NCBI GenBank assembly: GCA_963845535.1 | Contig: CAWJSK010000004.1 | Coordinates: forward strand, 32,001 to 96,000 | Source of the DNA: an uncultured Spirochaetota bacterium | GTDB taxonomy: Bacteria > Spirochaetota > Spirochaetia > SZUA-6 > Fen-1364 | Length of the DNA stretch: 64,000 nucleotides | Reading direction: 5' to 3' | In this document: positions 58,475-64,000 of the stretch, piece by piece | How positions within the stretch are numbered: position 1 is the first letter of the stretch | Layout: each line of letters starts with the position of its first letter | Position numbers and translations under genes: made by a program | The notes under the pieces: model-generated | What the model saw: the letters and a program-made list of their open reading frames with translations, nothing else | Databases searched by the model: none | What the model was told of the DNA's origin: nothing

Positions 58475-60048
58475 GTCGGGTCCTTCTGGGATCCCGCTTG
58501 GGGACCTGCCTGGGATCCCGCCTGCGGCAGGTTGAAAAGCGGCGTACGGATGCGCCGGCCCTCCTTGCCCGGGGCGCCCCCGGTGAGCCCGCCTGCCGCA
58601 CAGCCGTTTCCAAAGGTAAAGCCGCACCCGCCGCGAAGCTCATAAGCGTCCTCCGCGGTCTCCCGATGCGTGGTGGGAATGACGAAGCGCTCCTCGTAGT
58701 TCGCTATCGCCATGATCCGATACATCTCCTCCACCATCGGCCTGGTCATTCCCACCGCGTCCAGCACAGCCGTGTCGATCACCCCTTCGATGTTCTTCCT
58801 CTTCATGTATCTGCGCATGGCAAGCAGGCGCTTGAGCGCAAGGACCACAGGCTCCACTTTCCCACCGGTCAGGAGGTTGGCGAGGTATCGCATGGGGATG
58901 CGCAAGGATTCCACGTCAGGGATGAGGTCCGCCCGACCCACCAGGCCGTCCTGGAAAGCAGCCTGGATGGGGGAAAGCGGCGGCACGTACCACACCATGG
59001 GCAGCGTCCGATACTCGGGATGCAGAGGAAAGGCGACTTTCCAGTCCATGGCCATCTTGTACACCGGCGATCTCCGCGCGGCTTCCATCCAGGCGGGCGG
59101 CACGCCGTCAGCAAGAGCCTGCTTCTCCACGGCGGGGTCGTTGGGATTCAGAAATATGGCAAGCTGCGCTTCGTACAGGTCTTCCTGCCGCGCGGCGCTT
59201 GCTGCCTCCTTGATCTTGTCAGCGTCATAGAGGACCACGCCGAGGTAGCGGATGCGGCCCACACAGGTTTCCGAGCAAACCGTCGGAAGCCCAGCCTCGA
59301 TACGGGGGTAGCAGAACGTGCACTTCTCCGACTTTCCCGTCTTCCAGTTGTAATAGATCTTCTTGTACGGGCAGCCGCTCACGCACATGCGCCAGCCCCG
59401 GCACTTGTCCTGGTCTATGAGGACAATCCCGTCCTCCTCCCGCTTGTAGATTGCGCCGCTGGGACACGAGGCCACGCAGGATGGGTTGAGGCAATGCTCG
59501 CACAGGCGCGGCAGGTACATCATGAACGTGTTTTCGAACTGGCCGTAGATCTCCTTCTGCACTTCCTCGAAGTTGTAGTCCTTGCTGCGCTTGGAGAACT
59601 CTCCTCCCAGGATCTCTTCCCAGTTCGGGCCCCACTTCACCTTGTCCATGCGCTCGCCGGTGATGGCGCTCACGGGCCGGGCAATGGGCGTGGTGCGGGA
59701 TTCCTCCGCGGTCTGGAGGTGCTCATAATCGTAGGTCCAGGGCTCGTAGTAGTCATCAATCTCAGGCAGTTGGGGATTGCCGAAAATCTTGGCAAGGATG
59801 CGCCACTTGCCCCCCTGCTTCGGCTTGATGGACCCGTCCGGCTGGCGCTCCCATCCCCCCAGCCAGTGCCTCTGGTTCTCCCAGTCCTTGGGATAGCCGA
59901 TTCCCGGCTTGGTCTCAACATTCTTGAACCACGCGTACTCCATGCCTTCCCGCGAGGTCCATACGTTCTTGCAGGTGACCGAGCACGTGTGGCATCCAAT
60001 GCACTTGTCGAGGTTCATGACCATGGCTACCTGGGCTCGTACCTTCAT
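58471..60048 (-). CDS. narH: Respiratory nitrate reductase beta subunit
   Basis: 'NLDKCIGCHTCSVTCKNVW', 'PRLCEHCLNPSC', 'CRGWRMC'. Confidence 0.97.
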   Translation of the reverse strand: MKVRAQVAMVMNLDKCIGCHTCSVTCKNVWTSREGMEYAWFKNVETKPGIGYPKDWENQRHWLGGWERQPDGSIKPKQGGKWRILAKIFGNPQLPEIDDYYEPWTYDYEHLQTAEESRTTPIARPVSAITGERMDKVKWGPNWEEILGGEFSKRSKDYNFEEVQKEIYGQFENTFMMYLPRLCEHCLNPSCVASCPSGAIYKREEDGIVLIDQDKCRGWRMCVSGCPYKKIYYNWKTGKSEKCTFCYPRIEAGLPTVCSETCVGRIRYLGVVLYDADKIKEAASAARQEDLYEAQLAIFLNPNDPAVEKQALADGVPPAWMEAARRSPVYKMAMDWKVAFPLHPEYRTLPMVWYVPPLSPIQAAFQDGLVGRADLIPDVESLRIPMRYLANLLTGGKVEPVVLALKRLLAMRRYMKRKNIEGVIDTAVLDAVGMTRPMVEEMYRIMAIANYEERFVIPTTHRETAEDAYELRGGCGFTFGNGCAAGGLTGGAPGKEGRRIRTPLFNLPQAGSQAGPQAGSQKDPT

Positions 60049-63000
60049 GCGCGCGCTCCTTCCATCCAGTCCACTTTGTTGAGCTTGCGCACGATGACGA
60101 ACTCATCCCTGTTGGAGCCCACGGTCCCGTAGTAGTTCAACCCGTAGCTGATCTGCGCATAACCGCCAATCATGTGGGTCGGCTTGACGACGATGCGCGT
60201 GACCGAGTTGTGTATCCCGCCGCGATTTCCCGTGATCTCGCTCCCGGGTATGTTCACCAGTTTTTCCTGGGCGTGGTACATAAAGGCAGTCCCTTCCTTG
60301 ATGCGCTGGCTCACCACGGCGCGGGCAACCAGCGCACCGTTCACGTTGAAGACTTCTATCCAGTCGTTGTCCTCGAGGCCGGCTTTCTGGGCATCGATCT
60401 CACTGATCCAGACTATCGGACCGCCGCGCGAAAGGGTGAGCATGATGAGGTTGTCCGAATACGTGGAGTGGATTCCCCATTTCTGGTGCGGTGTGAGGAA
60501 GTTCAGAACGACGTACGGTCTGCCGTCGTCCAGCCGCCGCTCAACGGGCATCACAGCCTTCGTGTCCACCGGCGGCTTGTAGACGCACAGCGCCTCGCCA
60601 AATGCGCGCATCCACAGGTGGTCCTGATACAGCTCCTGGCGGCCGGTCAGGGTGCGCCAGGGGATGAGCTCGTGGACGTTGATGTAGCAGGCGCTGTAGG
60701 TGATCTCCTCGTCATCCAGGCCGCTCCAGATGGGAGAGGTGATGGTGCGCCGCGGTTGCGCCACGATGTCGCGATAGCGCACCTTTTCCGCCTCATGCCG
60801 CGCGGCAAGTTGCGCGTGTTGGTGGCCCGTGCGTTTGGAAAGCGCGTTCCAGGCTTTCACGGCAACCGCGCCGTTCGTCTCGGGGGCCAGCGTCATGATC
60901 GCCTCAGCGGCGTCGATGTCAGTCCACAGGCGCGGCCGTCCCTCTGACGGCCCCGGCTCGTGGCTTTCGCCGTTCAGCTTGCCGAGGTATTCCACCTCCG
61001 TCTGCGCGCTCCAGCTGATTCCCTTGCCGCCGGCGCCGATGGTGGACACGAGCGGCCCCAGGGACGTGTACATGGCGCCCACGTTCGGGTAGTCCCGCTC
61101 CACCACAGTCATTGTCTGGGTTGTTTTTCCGGGGATGATCTCACATTCTCCCCGCTTCCATTCCTTGACGTCGATGGCCTGTCCAAGCTCGGCGGGGCTG
61201 TCGTGCAGGAGGGCGGTGAAGACAAGGTCCTTCTCCCTGCCGAGGACGCCCTGAGCGGCCTCGGAAAACTTGAGGGCGATGGTCCGGAAGATGTCCCAGT
61301 CGGGCCTGCTCTCCCATCCAGGGTCCACCGCGGCTGCGAAGGGATGAATGAAGGTGTGCATGTCCGAAGTGTTTATGTCGTTCTTCTCATACCAGGTGGC
61401 GGTGGGCAGCACCACATCCGAGTACAGGCAGGTCGTGGACATGCGAAAGTCGAGCGTGACCAGCAGGTCGAGCTTGCCGGACGGCGAGTCCCGCCACACC
61501 ACCTCTCGTGGTTTTTTTTCTCCGAGCTCCCCGATATCCTGGCCGAGGACGCTGTTCTGGGTCCCCAGGAAATGGCGCAGGAAATACTCGTGCCCCTTTC
61601 CGCTTGACCCGATGATATTGGACCGCCAGACGAACATGTTGCGCGGGAAGTTTGCGGGATTGTCCGGGTCCTCGGAGGCGAAACGGATCTCACCGCTTTT
61701 GAGACGCTTGGTGACGAAGGGGATCGGTTCCTCCCCCACCGCGGCGGCGTCCTTCGCAATCTGAATGGGATTTCTGTCCAGGTGCGGCGCTGAGGGAAGC
61801 CATCCCATGCGCTCGGAGCGCACGTTGAAGTCGATGAGGCTTCCCTCCCAGTCTCCCGGAGGCGCCGTCGGGGAGAGGAGCTCTTTTGCGCTCACCTTCT
61901 CATAGCGCCATTGGTCGGTATGCGCGTAGAAAAACGACGTGCCGCCCATGTGCCGCGGCGGCCGGTACCAGTCAGTGGCGAACGCGATGGTTGCCCACCC
62001 GACCTGGGGCCTCACCTTCTCCTGACCAACGTAATGGGCCCAGCCTCCGCCCGACTGGCCCACGCAGCCGCAGAAAACCAGCATGTTGATGATCCCGCGG
62101 TAGGTCATGTCCATGTTGTACCAGTGGTTGATCCCCGCCCCGAGGATCACCATGGACTTGCCGCGCGTTTTCTCCGCGGTTTCCGCGAACTGCCGGGCCG
62201 TGGCAATGACGAGGTCCCGACGAACGCCCGTTATGCGCTCCTGCCAGGCCGGGGTGTAGGGAACATCATCATCGAATGATTTCGCGACGTTGCTGCCGCC
62301 CAGGCCACGATCCACCCCGTAGTTTGCAACCATCAGGTCATAGACCGTGGTGACCAGGGCTTCGCCTTCCCGGGTGGAAACCCTGACGGCAGGAACTTTG
62401 CGCACAAGGACATCGGGGTGTTCGGTCCCCGCGTAGTAGTCGTGCTTGTATGTCCCGAAGTATGGGAAGCCGACATCGACTGTCTCAGGCCGAGGCACGG
62501 CAGGAGCATCCAGGACGGACAGCCTGAGGCGCGCGCGCTCCTCCAGGTTCCACTTCCCCTCCTCGCCCCAACGGAACCCGATGGACCCTTGCGGGACCGC
62601 CACTGCGCCCGTGGCCTCATCGAAAGCGCACGGTTTCCACTCCGGATTATTCTTCTCCCCGAGGGAATCCGGGAAATCGCTTGCCCTCAGGAAGCGCTCG
62701 GGAACAAGATAATCCCCCTGCTTTACCAGCCGGACCAGAAAGGGGAAATCACTGAACTTCCGGCAGTAATCGCTGAAGTACTCGCTCCTGCGCTGGACGT
62801 GGAACTCTTTCAATATCACGTGGCCCAGAGCCATGGCCACCGCGGAATCAGTGCCCGAGCGGGGATGGAGCCAGAGGTCGGCAAACTTGGAAGCCTCGCT
62901 GTAGTCCGGGCAGATCACGACGCTCTGCGTCCCCTTGTAGCGCGCCTCCGTGTAGAAATGAGCGTCAGGGGTGCGGGTCTGCGGGACGTTGGAGCCCCAA

Positions 63001-63752
63001 AGGATGAGGAACATCGCGTTGTACCAGTCCGCGCTCTCCGGCACGTCGGTCTGCTCTCCCCAGGTCTGCGGCGAGCTGGGGGGAAGGTCGCAGTACCAGT
63101 CGTAAAAGCTCAAGCTGACTCCGCCAATCAGCTGGAGGTAGCGGCTTCCTGACGCGTGGGAAACCATGGACATCGCGGGGATGGGAGAAAAGCCGCAGAT
63201 TCTGTCAGGGCCGTATTTATGTGTGGTGTAGACGTTGGCTGCCGCAACCATTTCGGCCGCCTCGTCCCAGGTTGCCCGGACAAAACCGCCCAGGCCGCGC
63301 ACCGAGGTGTAGGCTTTGCGCTTCTCGGGGTCCTCCACGATGGACGCCCATGCGTCCACCGCGGACTTAGTAGAGCGCGCCTCGCGGTACATCTTCAGGA
63401 GACGGCCGCGCACAAGCGGGTACTTCAGCCGGTTGCCGCTGTACAGGTACCACGAATAGCTTGCCCCGCGCGCGCAGCCCCGGGGCTCGTGGTTCGGCAT
63501 GTCGGGCCGCATCCGCGGGTAGTCGGTCTGCTGCGTTTCCCAGGTGACGATCCCGCCCTTGACGTAGATCTTCCAGCTGCACGAGCCCGTGCAGTTCACG
63601 CCGTGGGTGGAGCGCACCACCTTGTCGTGCTGCCATCGGGTGCGGTAGCCCTCCTCCCAGGCGCGGTCCTCCGTGCTGACCACGCCGTGGCCGCCGGCAA
63701 AGCGCCCCGCAATCTTCGTGAAGAAAAGAAGTCGATCAGGGAAATGGCTCAT
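60045..63752 (-). CDS. narG: Respiratory nitrate reductase alpha subunit
   Basis: '[14 protein letters not shown]', 'EPRGCARG', 'YDWYCDLP', '[10 protein letters not shown]'; no Tat signal. Confidence 0.97.
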   Translation of the reverse strand: MSHFPDRLLFFTKIAGRFAGGHGVVSTEDRAWEEGYRTRWQHDKVVRSTHGVNCTGSCSWKIYVKGGIVTWETQQTDYPRMRPDMPNHEPRGCARGASYSWYLYSGNRLKYPLVRGRLLKMYREARSTKSAVDAWASIVEDPEKRKAYTSVRGLGGFVRATWDEAAEMVAAANVYTTHKYGPDRICGFSPIPAMSMVSHASGSRYLQLIGGVSLSFYDWYCDLPPSSPQTWGEQTDVPESADWYNAMFLILWGSNVPQTRTPDAHFYTEARYKGTQSVVICPDYSEASKFADLWLHPRSGTDSAVAMALGHVILKEFHVQRRSEYFSDYCRKFSDFPFLVRLVKQGDYLVPERFLRASDFPDSLGEKNNPEWKPCAFDEATGAVAVPQGSIGFRWGEEGKWNLEERARLRLSVLDAPAVPRPETVDVGFPYFGTYKHDYYAGTEHPDVLVRKVPAVRVSTREGEALVTTVYDLMVANYGVDRGLGGSNVAKSFDDDVPYTPAWQERITGVRRDLVIATARQFAETAEKTRGKSMVILGAGINHWYNMDMTYRGIINMLVFCGCVGQSGGGWAHYVGQEKVRPQVGWATIAFATDWYRPPRHMGGTSFFYAHTDQWRYEKVSAKELLSPTAPPGDWEGSLIDFNVRSERMGWLPSAPHLDRNPIQIAKDAAAVGEEPIPFVTKRLKSGEIRFASEDPDNPANFPRNMFVWRSNIIGSSGKGHEYFLRHFLGTQNSVLGQDIGELGEKKPREVVWRDSPSGKLDLLVTLDFRMSTTCLYSDVVLPTATWYEKNDINTSDMHTFIHPFAAAVDPGWESRPDWDIFRTIALKFSEAAQGVLGREKDLVFTALLHDSPAELGQAIDVKEWKRGECEIIPGKTTQTMTVVERDYPNVGAMYTSLGPLVSTIGAGGKGISWSAQTEVEYLGKLNGESHEPGPSEGRPRLWTDIDAAEAIMTLAPETNGAVAVKAWNALSKRTGHQHAQLAARHEAEKVRYRDIVAQPRRTITSPIWSGLDDEEITYSACYINVHELIPWRTLTGRQELYQDHLWMRAFGEALCVYKPPVDTKAVMPVERRLDDGRPYVVLNFLTPHQKWGIHSTYSDNLIMLTLSRGGPIVWISEIDAQKAGLEDNDWIEVFNVNGALVARAVVSQRIKEGTAFMYHAQEKLVNIPGSEITGNRGGIHNSVTRIVVKPTHMIGGYAQISYGLNYYGTVGSNRDEFVIVRKLNKVDWMEGARA

Positions 63753-64000
63753 CTTCTGTCTCCTTGGGCGCGCAAAGAACGCAGGGAGCTGAGGCTGCGG
63801 CCAATGGCGACAAGCATCCCCGCAAGGACCGCAAGCCAGGCAGCCACGGCAATCCAGAGAAAGATCCTCGGTATCCATTCGAGGAAGCTCAGCCCTGTGG
63901 CGCGGGCAAGCACGAACGTGCAGGCCGTGTACATTCCCAGCGGGAACACCATGCCCCAGTACTGTGGCTCATAGCGAAGCGGAAAACCCCTCACCGGATG
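63749..64000 (-). CDS. TDT/SLAC1 (tellurite-resistance/dicarboxylate transporter) family protein, C-terminal part only
   Basis: '[18 protein letters not shown]' followed by hydrophobic helices; ATGA overlap with narG. Confidence 0.75.
   Translation of the reverse strand, partial: HPVRGFPLRYEPQYWGMVFPLGMYTACTFVLARATGLSFLEWIPRIFLWIAVAAWLAVLAGMLVAIGRSLSSLRSLRAQGDRR

Noticed and set aside
5903..60132. Long antisense or overlapping ORFs (e.g. 5903..7258, 12438..13742, 50909..52531, 58498..60132)
   Set aside because: Shadow ORFs opposite well-supported genes, expected at high GC, with no recognisable motifs
1..64000. rRNA, tRNA, CRISPR array, prophage
   Set aside because: Intergenic gaps are short, and no cloverleaf, repeat-spacer pattern or phage gene was recognised

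Overview
GC-rich bacterial chromosomal segment, possibly from a free-living spirochete (weak inference from binding-protein N-termini such as 'LPAFANGSKE'). No rRNA, tRNA, CRISPR or transposase was recognised. In order it holds: (1) an HTH-PTS IIA gene coupled to a six-gene hyf-like membrane complex whose large subunit lacks the NiFe cysteines (Ehr-type, not a true hydrogenase), then a flavodoxin/ferredoxin; (2) a binding protein/histidine kinase/sigma54 activator module in front of a sugar ABC transporter; (3) a dus-family gene, a hidden 52-aa stand-alone MshEN protein, fhs, a pyrF-pyrE fusion, pyrD/pyrK, a lower-GC orphan DNA methyltransferase and a catalytically atypical second DHOD; (4) a purine cluster (add, ade, BMP-type ABC, P-II); (5) a GH43/LacI sugar locus containing a 1246-bp near-perfect direct repeat; (6) FHA, lipoprotein and GH12 genes; (7) a ribose-type ABC operon ending in a sigma54 response regulator and a soluble histidine kinase whose N-terminus is an ABC ATPase domain, the most unusual item here; (8) narGHJI plus a PPIase, preceded by a TDT/SLAC1-family gene. 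About a dozen genes between 7.7 and 23.5 kb carry single-base indels that look like sequencing errors. All calls come from motif reading by eye; no searches were run.
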